A stretch of DNA of 64,000 bases, taken from positions 72,638-136,637 of the forward strand of contig BLSG01000001.1 of NCBI GenBank assembly GCA_012862495.1, given 5' to 3'. The stretch comes from Thraustochytrium aureum. Taxonomy: Eukaryota. How positions within the stretch are numbered: the first letter of the stretch is position 1; every line of letters starts with the position of its first letter. Position numbers and translations under genes: made by a program. Below, piece by piece: positions 23,512 through 37,100 of the stretch. The notes below the pieces were generated by a model that was not told where the DNA came from, searched no databases, and was given only the letters and a program-made list of their open reading frames with translations.

Positions 23512-24489
23512 GTTGGTCGGCCTCTTTGTTTTCCGTTCGCGCTTGTCTTCGTTTTTCGGTGGCTTCTTCGATCAACACAACACGCCTGACCCACGGATGT
23601 TGCGGGAATGAACTTGTGCTCGCGCTGCAGGCCGGCCTGTCGGCCACTCGTCCACCTTGCGAACTGGCCTTGCTGGAGCCTTGCTGGAGGAAGGCTACAA
23701 GATCGATCGGAGACAGCGTATGTCTGGGTACTGTTGGAAGGTTTTCCGCGGCAGGCGCAGTCCAGCGAAGCTATCTCGCTGCAGAGCTGTACTAGTACTA
23801 GTAGTGTCAAATTGATTCAGAGCTCCCGTCCGCAAGGCTGCATTCAGAGCAGGCGTCCTCGTGGCGGTTTCGGCGTGAGCTTCGGCATGCCGCAGAGCAC
23901 TGCAGGAGAAAGAAGAACAACGCCTGGAAGAAACCTCGCTCTGGGCGATGTCGGTTCTGTCCGCCGACGGGTTGTGCAGCAGCCGTTTCCGGAGTAACTA
24001 CCGTCGACCGTGATGCGTTGAGAGACTTCCTTTGCTGTGCGCATTTGCTTGTCCACAAAGGCGTTTCAGTGCCGTCCATGAAAACCTCGATCGATCTGCC
24101 CGTTTCAGCAGCAAAAAAAAAGATCGTCGATTGCAGGATGGCCAACGGCGGCCGCCAAAGCCGCAGGCCACTTCGGCCGCAGCGCAATCGAACTGTCGCC
24201 CAGTGTGCGGTCATCGTTGATTGCATCGATTGCATCAGTCCATGAGGCGTGAGGAGAGGATCGACGGACGGGCGTGACGGTTGATGGCACTCATGCCCAA
24301 ACTCTATCTGCTCTATGTTTGGTAGGGGTTGTTGCGGTTGGCCAATGCGGGCTGTGAGCCTGACCAACTGTCGACGACAAGGCCTTGTGCGTGGTTCACG
24401 GAGTCCTCCGCTGGAATCAACCTGGTTTGCAAATTCCAGGGACATTACTTCGGTATGTCACAAGTTGTCCGTCCGTCAGCACAGATAGT

Positions 24490-24515
24490 CCTACTAGTAA
24501 ATGTATACTAGTAGG
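24490..24515. promoter_or_regulatory. Perfect 10-bp inverted repeat CCTACTAGTA-N6-TACTAGTAGG in the divergent ABCB/NRPS intergenic region
   Basis: The palindrome is read directly; a regulatory role is only inferred. Confidence 0.35.
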
Positions 24516-25181
24516 TGCAACTGGGAGCAAACGAATTCAGCGAGCGCGAGCTGGCAGACGTGCGTCCCTCGATCTCTGCATCAGCGCCCTCGCGTCCTAC
24601 TCCTGTGGTGACGACGCTCACATCAAGTGGCTCTGCATCGGCACCGGTTTCCTCTGGTAGATAGGTTGGGAGAATCTTGAGCTGAAAACCGCAGCATCGC
24701 CTTGGTTCAACTAGGTAGGACGCGCAGAGCGGTCGCATGGACGTTCGCTGAATGAAAGCGTTGTCCACGGCTCTCCGAGAGACAGTGCGCAAGGGAATCT
24801 CTCCCTCGCCTTTGCAAGAGCTTTTCTCTTGGCAAGAGGCCGTTCGACCTACGCTGGCAACGAGCAAATGCGTTCCATTCTGATTTGCAAGAGAACAAGA
24901 CAGTTGACGGATCACTCGAGCAGCTCGGCAGCCGCCAGTCATTTGCATTGAGAGTGCGTCCTGGGGTCATTCGTTGGCTTGCCGACGTGATCCACGCCAA
25001 GCAGTTCGCAAAAGAGGATAGATATCGAGAGCAAGCCAAGCAGCAACCAAGCACCCAACGTCGCACGCACGGCACAGCCTCAGGCAACCTTTGCAAAAGC
25101 GAGCACATTCACCAAGGCAAGTACACCAAGAGCAACCCCAAAGCCACCCGACGAACGACCCCTCGAAGCGCGCCGCTGAAG

Positions 25182-28100
25182 ATGGCTCAGATCGGAGTAC
25201 TCGAAGCAATGAGCGCCGTCGCAACGCCTTACTCGGACACGATGACCATCCACGGCCTTTTTGAGCTCCAAGCCAACAAGACCCCGGACGCGACGGCCCT
25301 CGAGCCGGCCGAAGGACCCTCGATTTCGTACCGCGAGTTCAACGAGCGCGCCAATCAGTTGGCGCACTTCATGCTACAGGATCGAAAGCCGGCCAACGAC
25401 TCGGATGTCCTGGTCTGCATTTTCATGGAGCGCAGCGCTGACATGCTTGTTGCAGTTCAAGCGATTCTCAAGTCCGGGGCCTGCTACGTCCCTGTTGGGC
25501 CAGACCTCGGTGCCGAGCGCATTTCGTTCATGCTCGAGGACTCGGCGCCGAGCTTCGTCATCACGCACGCCGCGCTGGCCCACCGTGTCCTGGCCCTCGG
25601 CCACAAAGTGATCGTCCTCGACGACGAGGCCACCGCGCGGGCCATCAAGCAGCAGCCGGTAGGCAACCCCGTTGTCGCCGGTCTCGGGCCCGACAGCTTG
25701 GCCTATCTGCTCTACACCAGCGGGAGCACGGGGCGCCCCAAGGGTGTTGAGATGCACCACCGCGGGATCGTCAACCGCATCGAGTGGATGCACGCAGAGT
25801 ACAAACTGCGCACGGACGACAAAGTCCTTCAAAAGACGCCGTTCACCTTCGATGTCTCCGTGTGGGAGCTCTTTTGGGCGCACTGGGTCGGCGCCACGTT
25901 GGTGATCCCGAGCCCCAACGCCCACAAGGATCCGAAGGCGCTTCGCGATGCCATCGTCAAGCACAAGGTCACCACGCTGCACTTTGTGCCCTCCATGCTC
26001 ACCGCTTTCTGCGCCTACATGGGGGCGAGTGACGAGGTGCTGCCCGACTCGCTCGAGCGCGTCTTCTGCAGCGGCGAGGCGCTCACGCCGGCCGCGTGCG
26101 CCGCATTCCAGGACGCAAAACAGAACCGCACGCTGCCCAAGCTACACAACCTGTACGGGCCTACGGAGGCTGCCATCGACGTCTCGTACTTTGCCTGCAC
26201 CCCGGAAGCCATTGCCGGTCTCGGCGGGATCGTCCCCATTGGCAAACCGATCTGGAACGTGCAGCTGTACGTTCTGGACGCGCAAAATGCAGTGCTGCCC
26301 CTCGGAGAGCAAGGCGAACTTCACATCGGCGGCGTATGCCTGGCCCGGGGGTACTGGCGCAGGCCAGAGCTGACTGCGGAGCGTTTTTTCACGCACCCGA
26401 CGCTCGGCCGCGTGTACAAGACCGGCGACCTGGCGAGGGTTCTGCCGTCGGGAGATGTCGAGTACCTGGGCAGAAATGACGACCAAGTCAAGATCCGCGG
26501 CCTCCGAGTCGAGCTCGGCGAGATTGAGGCCGCCCTTGCCGACCTCGACGCGGTGCGACAAGCGGTCGTGCTTGCCGTAGATGGCCGCCTCGTTGCTTTT
26601 GTTGACACCCTAAGCGGGGAGGCACCGGACGCCGCGGAGCTTTGCGCCGAGTTGGCCAGCTCTGGGCGACTTCTTCACTACATGATCCCCGACGAGCTGC
26701 ACCACATCGAGTCCGTCCCGCTGACCGCGCACGGCAAAGCGGACCGCAAGGTGCTCCTTGAAACGCTTAAAGCCAAGCGAGCACGGGNNNNNNNNNNNNN
26801 NNNNNNNNNNNNNNNNNNNNNNNNNNNNNNNNNNNNNNNNNNNNNNNNNNNNNNNNNNNNNNNNNNNNNNNNNNNNNNNNNNNNNNNNNNNNNNNNNNNN
26901 NNNNNNNNNNNNNNNNNNNNNNNNNNNNNNNNNNNNNNNNNNNNNNNNNNNNNNNNNNNNNNNNNNNNNNNNNNNNNNNNNNNNNNNNNNNNNNNNNNNN
27001 NNNNNNNNNNNNNNNNNNNNNNNNNNNNNNNNNNNNNNNNNNNNNNNNNNNNNNNNNNNNNNNNNNNNNNNNNNNNNNNNNNNNNNNNNNNNNNNNNNNN
27101 NNNNNNNNNNNNNNNNNNNNNNNNNNNNNNNNNNNNNNNNNNNNNNNNNNNNNNNNNNNNNNNNNNNNNNNNNNNNNNNNNNNNNNNNNNNNNNNNNNNN
27201 NNNNNNNCTCTTGCCGCGGACGCCGACGGAGAAAGGCTTGATGCGGCTCTGCTCGCCGTCCTCGAGAGGCACTTGATTCTGCGAACTGTGTACGAGCGCG
27301 ACGACGAGGGCCGCGGGGTGCAGCGTGTCCTCGACGCGAGTGCGTTTGCCGTCAATGTCGTGCACGGGGCTTACTCACGACCAGACCGCTGAGCGGCTTG
27401 TGACGCTCCCGTTCAACCTCGCTTGCGACCTGCCAGTGCGCGCGACTCGTTTCGAGACCGGTGCGGAAAGGTTCTTGCTCGTCGTCTTCCACCACATCGC
27501 CTTTGACGGCTGGTCCTTCGACGTGTTTCTGCGGGAAGTAGAGGCGGCCTACAACGGCAAGTCCCTCGGCTCGGTTGAAGCTCAGTTGGCCGATCTCGGA
27601 GTCTGGGAGAAGAGCGCAGGGCACAAGCCTGAACTCGATCGCCAGGTTGAGTTCTGGCGCCGCGAGCTGGCGGGCTTTGAGACCTTGCAACTCTCAATTG
27701 ATCACCCGCGGCCAGCTGAGCCTTCGTCGCGTGGGGCTGCCTACTCGTTTAGCCTTGGAGCTGACCGATCACAGAGACTGCGCCAACTTGCACGCGCCCA
27801 AGAGTCGACGCTCTTTTCGATGCTGCTCGCCGCTTACTACGCCATGCTTGGCCAATTGAGCGGTCAGGATGACCTTGTCGTGGGCGTCCCGTGCGAGAAC
27901 CGCGACCACCCGGAGGCTCTCAACGTGATCGGGTCGCTCGTGAACATGCTTCCATTCCGCGCACTTGTCGACAGCGACGCGACGGTATCCTCGCTCGTCC
28001 ACCAGGTCCACGGGGTCGTCACTCGGGCCAAAGCAAACCAGGCTGCACCGTTTGAACGAATTGTGCGGGAGCTCAAGCTGGAGCGCGATCTCTCAAGGCA

Positions 28101-31100
28101 CCCTATTTTCCAGGTTCTCTTCAGCGTGCAGCGATTCGGCACTCTGCTGGAGACGCCTGCCGACAAAGCCGGTAGTGGGCTCCCCTTCACGCCCATCAAG
28201 GAGCGCGAATGCATTCCAACTTACGAGCCGGCCCGCTTCGACCTGAGCCTGTACGTGGACGACTCCGAGGACGCGCTCGCGTGCCGCTTCGAATTCGCGC
28301 TTGACCTGCTCGAGCTACATTCGGTCAAAGTCCTCGCCGAGCGATACATCAAGGTCCTGGACGGGTTTCTCGCGGGGCCAGACATGGCTCTCTCCCACAT
28401 CGATGTACTCTCCGACCAAGAACGCCACGAGCTGCTGTACGAGCGCACCAAAATCACGCAGGTTGCCGCACACGACGACAGGCTGATCCACGAGCTGTTC
28501 GAAGCTTGCGCGAATGCCGACCCGGCCGCCAACGCGCTCTACTTTGAAGGCCAAACAGTCTCCTATGGCGAGCTCAACGGCCGCGCAAACGCGCTCGCGC
28601 GGCACCTGCGCGAGAGGGCTGTGCTGGAGCCCGACTCACTTGTCGCGCTGTACCTCGACAAGAGCATTGAGATGGTCGTTGCCATTCTTGCCGTTCTCAA
28701 GGCGGCGCTGGCTATGTTCCCGTTTCTCCGCACTGGCCGGCAGATCGCGTTGCCATGGTTGTCGAGGACTGCGGCGCTGCGGCCCTGCTAACCCAGTCGC
28801 GCCACTTTGCACTTTGCCAAGGCCTGGCGAGCCACATGATCGACGGCGCAGTGGTCCTTGAGATCGCAAGCTGTGAAGCCGCTGCGGCGGCGGCTGGCGT
28901 CGACCGTCGCGATCTGGGCCGCATGTGCTCCAAATCACACCTCGCTTACGTGATCTACACGTCGGGAACAACGGGGCGGCCCAAGGGCGTTCTGGAGACG
29001 CACGAGAACGTCGTGCGGCTTATGCTGGAAACGAACCGAGAGGGTCTTTTCTCGTTCGGCCCGAAGGACGTCTGGCTCTTGTTTCACAACTACGCATTCG
29101 ACTTTAGTGTGTGGGAGCTCTGGGGCCCGCTCCACGCAGGTGGCAGCCTCATCATTCCGAGTGAAGCGGTGGCCAACAAGGACCTCAATGTCGTCGTCGA
29201 TCTTTGCTCGACGCACCACCTCACAGTGCTCAATCTGACGCCAACGGTGTTTCAGGCTGCTCTACCGCTGATTGTGCGATCCTCATCGCTTTGCAGCGGT
29301 CTTCGGTACGTGATCTTCGGGGGCGAAGCCCTGAAGATGACCCACCTCCTGCCATGGTGGGAGGCTCTCGGCGAAGACTTTCACACTCAGCTCGTCAACA
29401 TGTACGGAATCACAGAGACGACCGTGCACGTGACCTTCAAGGTGATGACACCCGGAGCCTCGTGCGTCTCGATCGGGCTGCCCATTCCCGACATGAAGAC
29501 CTTCATCTTGGACAAGCACATGCGGCCTTCGCCAATTGGCGCTCCCGGCGAACTGTATATCGGTGGCGCGGGCCTTGCGCGCGGGTACTTGAACCGACCG
29601 GAGCTCTCTGCGGAGCGGTTTGTGCCCAACCCGTACTTGACGGACCAAGATCGCGCCAATGGTTTCCTTCGGCTGTACAAGACCGGCGACGTCGCGCGGT
29701 GGCTTGGAAACGGAACGATCGAGTACATGGGCCGCAATGACCACCAAGTAAAGATTCGCGGGTTCCGGATCGAGCTTGGCGAGATCGAGACCGTCCTCGG
29801 GGAGATGCCTGGGGTCGAGCACGCTGTGGTCATCGATCGTCAGCATTTCGGTACCAAGATTTTGGCGGCGTATGTGGTGGCAGAAGGCGGGGTCTTTGCG
29901 GCAGATGCAGCGCGTGCTTGGCTCGAGGCCCGCATTCCGCCGTACATGGTCCCGTCCACGTTCACCGTGATCGACGAGATCCCGCTCACCGTCAACGGCA
30001 AGCTTGACCGCCGCGCTCTCCCCAACAACATGAATCCCGACGAGTTGCACCACATGGAATCCGTCCCGGCGGCCGCGCACGGTAAGGTAGACGGCGAGGT
30101 GTTGCTTGATAAAGCCAACCAAGCAGGGGNNNNNNNNNNNNNNNNNNNNNNNNNNNNNNNNNNNNNNNNNNNNNNNNNNNNNNNNNNNNNNNNNNNNNNN
30201 NNNNNNNNNNNNNNNNNNNNNNNNNNNNNNNNNNNNNNNNNNNNNNNNNNNNNNNNNNNNNNNNNNNNNNNNNNNNNNNNNNNNNNNNNNNNNNNNNNNN
30301 NNNNNNNNNNNNNNNNNNNNNNNNNNNNNNNNNNNNNNNNNNNNNNNNNNNNNNNNNNNNNNNNNNNNNNNNNNNNNNNNNNNNNNNNNNNNNNNNNNNN
30401 NNNNNNNNNNNNNNNNNNNNNNNNNNNNNNNNNNNNNNNNNNNNNNNNNNNNNNNNNNNNNNNNNNNNNNNNNNNNNNNNNNNNNNNNNNNNNNNNNNNN
30501 NNNNNNNNNNNNNNNNNNNNNNNNNNNNNNNNNNNNNNNNNNNNNNNNNNNNNNNNNNNNNNNNNNNNNNNNNNNNNNNNNNNNNNNNNNNNNNNNNNNN
30601 NNNNNNNNNNNNNNNNNNNNNNNNNNNNNNNNNNNNNNNNNNNNNNNNNNNNNNNNNNNNNNNNNNNNNNNNNNNNNNNNNNNNNNNNNNNNNNNNNNNN
30701 NNNNNNNNNNNNNNNNNNNNNNNNNNNNNNNNNNNNNNNNNACTCGAGCTCAGGAGCGTGGAGCCTGGATATCTCCAGCGCAGCGCAAGGGCCCCTGCAT
30801 CCCTGACGTAAACATGTGGCGCGGAACGGCATTGGAAGTCAACGGGGCTGTCGATCCGTCCAGCGGCGAGCTCGAGTTTGAAATTTTCTCTTTCCTGAGT
30901 GAAAAGTCAACGAGCGAGTTCTGCGCCGCCTTGAAAGCGGCACTTTCGAGTGTTGTTGAGCATACATGCAGCGTGGGATCCGTCATTAAGACTCCGAGCG
31001 ACTATGGAGTTGAGGGCCTGACAGTGGAGCGCCTTCGCTTGCTCGAGGCCAAACACCCGCAAGGGATCGAGGCCATTTATCCGGCGACGAGCTTGCAGCG

Positions 31101-34100
31101 CGGATTCGTGGTGCACGCTCTCAATCACCCCGATGACGACGCGTACCGCATCCAGTTTATCGTGGACTACGCCTGCGACCTCGACGTGGAGGCGTACAGA
31201 AGCGCCTGGGTGGCAGCCGCCGACGCATACCCGGCGTTACGTACGGGGTTTGACATCGATGAAACAGGCATGCTGCAGATCGTTGTCGCAGAGAACCCTT
31301 TCAAGGAAAAGGGGCGCTTTGAGCAGGTGAGCCTGGAGGACATTGAGGCAAGCAAACAAGGGGACGCTGTCACAGCGCTTCAACGGCAAGACCGGACCGT
31401 GCCCTATAATCTCGAAATGCCAGGTCTAATGCGCTTCACGACGATGCGGCGAAGTGCAGAGCTCACAAGCGTTCTTGTCGCTGTGCACCACTCGATCATG
31501 GATGGCTGGAGCATGGCAAACGTGTGGGACGCAGTGCACCGCGCATACGACAGCATTGTTGTCGGGACCACGCCGCAACTGGCCGCCGACCCCGCCTTTC
31601 ACGCTGCGCAACAGTACCGCACGGTGAACGAAAAGACCTCGTTGGAGCACTGGAGCATCGCGCGCCGCCACCTCGGCAGCGCAAACGATGTCAACCACAT
31701 GCTGCACACCAAGCTTGACCTCTCGCAAGGCTGCATTGTGGACGCGCCGCAGGATAGCGAGGTCAAAATCGGCGCGGCACTGGGCAGGCGGCTCGTTGAG
31801 ACCTGCCGCGCTCACGGTGTAACCGTAAACGCTGCGCTACAGATGGCCTGGCACAAGCTGTTGCAGGTGTACACGGGCGACTCCCAGACTATCGTGGGCT
31901 CAACTGTCTCTGGGCGTGACGTGGCCGTGGACGGAATCGAGGACGCTGTTGGGATGTTCATCAACACCTTGCCAGTTGCAGTAAACTGGGACGGAGAGGA
32001 AACCTCGCTCATCGGTCTTGCCAAGGCGGTGCAGAAACAGGTCGTGGATATCAACACCTACAGCGGCGTAAACCTGAGCGATATCACGTCGGGCGGCGAG
32101 CGCTTATTTCACACAGTGTTCATTTTCCAAAACTACCCGGCAAGCGCCGAGTCGTCTACCTCCACTGTCGCGGCGGCCTCTACCGTTCACACCTGCGTTG
32201 AGAAGCTGGACCTGCCGTTCGGGGTCGTCGGGTTCCAAGAGGGCGACGAAATCACTCTACGGCTCAAATACAGCCGGACATGGCTCCCGTCGCACCGTGC
32301 GGAGGAGCTTTTGCGGCAGACCATTCGCGTTGTAGAGGCGCTTGCCACACGACCTGAAGCGAGCCATACAAGCGTGCAACTTGGATCGGATGACGAGATT
32401 AACAAGGTCACGCAAGTGTGGAACAGCACTTCGCGCCCATTGGACGCGTCTGCAACGGTGCTTTCGCTCTTTCAGACGAGCGTGATGACCCGCCCCGATC
32501 GCGCGGCCTTGGAGGCAGTCGGCAGCTCGCCGCTGTCCTACGCCGAGCTGGACGCGCGAGCCACCAACCTTGCAAAGCGCTTGGAGGTAGCACCTGGCAG
32601 CTTGGTTGCATTGCTGATGGACAGGTCGGTGGAGATGATGGTGGCCGTTGTGGCTGTGCTCAAGTCCGGCTCTGCATACGTCCCGATCTCGCCTGAATAC
32701 CCGGATGACCGGGTGCGCTTCATTCTGGACGACACTTGCGCTCCCGTTGTTTTGACTCAGACGAGGCACAACGAGCGCCTCGCGAAGATTGCGCCGGACG
32801 GGATTCGCGTACTCTGCGTGACGACGCCGCTAATGCCACGGCTGTTGCCGTTAGCTCTGCGCCGTTGCCGGTGGTCAAGCCGCGAGACCTTGCCTACGTG
32901 ATCTACACGTCGGGCACAACGGGAAAGCCCAAGGGCGTCATGATCGAGCACCGTCAGGTTGTGGCCTACCAGCACGCCATGCTCGAGCGCATCGGGCAAG
33001 CCCCATTCGGTCGCGCGGATTTCTCGTCCAACTACTGCTTTGATTTGTCCGTCACCACAATGCTCCTTCCCCTCATGACGGGCCGGACGGTTTGTGTCTA
33101 CGAGGGCGATATCACCGACGCTGCGGCCTTTCACGAGCACGTGCGCGCCTTGCAGCCTGACTTTGTCAAGACCACGCCTCGACTCGCAGAGGTCCTCCTG
33201 GCCACTGAGGCCGCAAATGAAATCAAGTCGGTCAAGTCGCTGTTCTTGGGCGGCGAAAAGCTCTCCGCCGAGTGCTTGGCCAAGATCTCCTCGACTGTGC
33301 AGCACATCTTTGATGAGTGGGGCCCGACCGAGACCTGCGTTGGCGGTGCGCTCTCCAAAGTTCGCCCCGCCCAGGACCTGGGCATCGGTAAGCCCTATGC
33401 CAACTACCAGCTTTTCGTGCTGGATAGCGCGCTCGCGCCGCTTCCCATCGGTGCACCTGGCGAGCTCTTTGTCGCAGGAAAGGGCTTGGCGCGGGGCTAC
33501 CTAAACCGGCCCGAGCTCACAGAGGAGCGTTTCGTTCTCCGCAACGGCGTCCGCCTGTACAAGACAGGCGACGTCGCGCGCTGGCTCCCATCTGGAGATC
33601 TCGAGTACCTTGGAAGAAACGACAGCCAAGTGAAGATCCGCGGCTTCCGCGTGGAGCTAGGCGAGGTCGAGGCCGCAATCGTGGCCACCGGCCACGTTAC
33701 CTCGGCAGTCGTTGTCGATCGCCGAGGTGACGCCGGACGGCCACCTTGGATGCTTACGTGGTTGGAGCACCACAGCTTGACACGCACGCTCTCACTGAAG
33801 AGCTCTACGCGACTCTCCCACCGTACATGGTCCCGTCCACGTTCACCGTGATCGACGAGATCCCGCTCACCGTCAACGGCAAGCTCGACCGCCGCGCTCT
33901 CCCCGAGCCGGCCACAGGGATTTCGAGCGGCTCCGTCGCGCCTCGAACTGAGTTGGAGCGCGAGCTGTGCGCGATCTGGGCTGCTGTTCTTCAGATCGAC
34001 GAGCTCGGAATTACGGACAACTTTTTCCACAGCGGCGGCGACTCCATCTCGAGCCTTCAGCTCATTTACAAGCTCCGCAAGGCCGGTGTTGCTGAGCTGC

Positions 34101-37100
34101 GTGCCAAGGACATCTATGAGGCTCCCACTGTCGCGCTCCTCGCCCAGCTCATCGCGCGCCAGGCCGAGGTCGAGCGTGACGACATTGTTGCCCCTGCCCA
34201 GGCTGCTTTGCTCGGTGTGTTTCCTACTCTTCCGATCCAGGACTGGTTCTTCGACCTCGATCTGCCGCGCCCCAACCACTTCAACCAGGCGTTTGTGATC
34301 CAGCTCCCGGCCAACGCCTCGTTCGATGCCTCTGCTGTGCAGGCGGCTCTCATCAAACTGGCCGACCAGCACGACATGCTCAGAGCCGTTTTTGTCGCTG
34401 GGAAGCGCGAGCACTACGTCGGCCCGGTCGGCACGGCGCCGGTCGAGCTGAGCGACTTTGGCGAAAAGACGCCTTCGCTCAGCGACCTCACCGAGCTCCA
34501 AGCGAGCCTCGATGTGACGTCCGGCCCGACATGGCGCGCCGCTCTCCATAGCGGCGGGTCCAAGCTCTGGCTTGCGTTCCACCATCTCGTCATCGACGCG
34601 GTGTCGTGGCGCATCGTCGCAGAGGACCTCAAGTCGCTCCTCACGGCGCCGAACGCGGCGCTCGGACCCAAGACGTGCAGCTACAAGCAGTGGGTGGAGC
34701 ACATTCGCGCCTACGCAGCGTCCGCAAGCGAGACCGAGGTCGCGTTCTGGCGCAAGCAGCTGGCGGCCCAGACTGCCCCAATTGCTGCCGAGGACTTGTC
34801 GGCCACCCCGGTTGAGGGGAAGGTGACCGTCGACGCCGAGACGACGCGGCGTCTGCTGCAGGAGGCTGGTCGTGCGTACAACACCGAGATCAACGACCTC
34901 CTGCTAGCCGCGCTCTCCATCGCTCTCCCCGCAGCGACCGGCACCGCGCAAAACGGCGTCACCCTGGAAGGCATCGGCCGGATGAGCGACGCCGTCGACG
35001 TTTCCAGAACGGTGGGCTGGTTCACGACGATGTACCCGCTTGCGCTCAAAGCCAGTGCGAACGTAGGCGACACGATCGTGGCCACGAAAGAGATGCTTCG
35101 CAGCGTGCCGGACAAGGGCCTCGGGTTCGGCGCGCTGGCACAGGCCGGACGCGTCGACAGCACTCTGCCCGGCATCGTTTTCAACTACCTGGGCCAGTTC
35201 GGNNNNNNNNNNNNNNNNNNNNNNNNNNNNNNNNNNNNNNNNNNNNNNNNNNNNNNNNNNNNNNNNNNNNNNNNNNNNNNNNNNNNNNNNNNNNNNNNNN
35301 NNNNNNNNNNNNNNNNNNNNNNNNNNNNNNNNNNNNNNNNNNNNNNNNNNCTCCGACAGCTCGTCGGCGGCGTGGCAGATCTCGCTCGACCAGGCTACAG
35401 GAGAATCCAATGACCCAAGCAACACGGTTCCGGGCCAATTCCTCACGATCAATGGCGCCGTCGACCCGAGGCGGGGCGAGCTCGAGTTCACGCTCGAGTC
35501 GTTTCTTTCGCCAACGAGCACACAACTCTTTTGCAAAACCTTTCAAGAAGCCATCAGGGTTGTCGTGGAGCATGCTTGCGAGGTCCGCGACCCAATCAAG
35601 ACGCCGAGCGACTATGGAGTCAAGGGTCTAACAGTTGAGCGCTTGCGTGCGCTGGAGGCCAAGCACCCGAACGGGATCGAAGCGTTGTTCTCGGCGACGA
35701 GCCTCCAGCAGGGATTTGTTGTCCACGCAGTATCCCACCCCACCGACGACGCTTACCGCGTGCAATTCGTGCTGGACTATGACGAGCCAATCAGCCCGGC
35801 CGCCTACGATCAAGCGTGGCGCGTGGCGGTTGAGCGCTTTCCTGCTCTACGCTCGTGCTTTGACTGGGCGGGGAGCTCAATCGTTCTCATCGTAGCCAAG
35901 ACCAGCGACTTTTCTGGGGTTCAAGTTCTACAGGAGCCCGTCCAAGTGGATTCGCTCGTCCAACAGGAGCGCTCCAAGGCGCTGGATTTGACCCGTCCAG
36001 GGCTCCTTCGCGTCGTGATCGCGTCTGCGTCCACCGTGGTGGTGACGGCCCACCACGCGATTGTGGATGGCTGGAGCATGTCGTGCCTGTGGGATGCCGT
36101 GAACGAGGCATGCGAGAAGCTCCGCATCGGCGCTCCGGTAGGCGAGGTAGAGCCCGACTCGGCCTTTTTCGCTGCGCAGGCCCACCGTGTCTCCAGCCTC
36201 TCGGAAGCACGGGCGCACTGGGCGAGCAAGCGGATGCCAACGCCGAATGACATCAAGTTCATGCTGAAGGAGGCCTTCGCCGAAGCAAAGCCGAATGCCG
36301 TCGTCGACCAGCCGTCTGAAGTGGAGATCGTTCTCAAGCCGTCCTCCACCGCAATTTTGCGCGGCATGTGCCGCGCGCACGGCATCACGCTAAATGCGGC
36401 ACTCCAGTTCGCCTGGCACAAGCTGATTCACATTTACACGGGCGATGACGAGACCATTGTGGGCACAACGGTTTCTGGGCGAGACGTCCCCGTTGAAGGC
36501 ATCGAGTCCAGCGTTGGCATGTACGTCAATACGCTTCCGCTCGTGGTGAACTGGGGCGCTGGTGCCTCGACATGCTCCATCAAGGTCATGCGGAGCATTC
36601 ACGACGGAGTGCTGGACCTGAGCACCTTCAGCGCCATGCCACTTGGCGAGCTCGCCCGCGCCGGAGAACGCTTGTTCCAGACCGCCTTTGTGTTCGCCAA
36701 CTACCCCGCCGCCGAGAGCGGCAAGGTTTCGTTCAAGGTGCGCGACACTGTGGAAAAGCTCGATCTCCCGCTGGGCATGATTGGTGTGGAGAGTGCCGAC
36801 GGAGGACTCACGCTCGCTCTCAAGTTCAACGCCACTTGGCTTGACCACGACCGAGCGCTCGAGCTGCTGCGGCAGCAAGCCCGAATCCTCGAACATATTG
36901 CTATTCACCCCGACGCGGACCATCGCACCCTTGCTCCGGTCGCGCAGTCCAACGAGGAGCGCCTGAAAGTGCTTCATGCCTGGAATGACACAGCCAAGCC
37001 CTTCATGTGGACTGACACCGTTCACGGCAGGTTTGAACAAGTCGCGGCGCAGAGCCCCGAGGCCGTAGCACTCGTGTACTGCGGCGAAAGCATGACGTAC

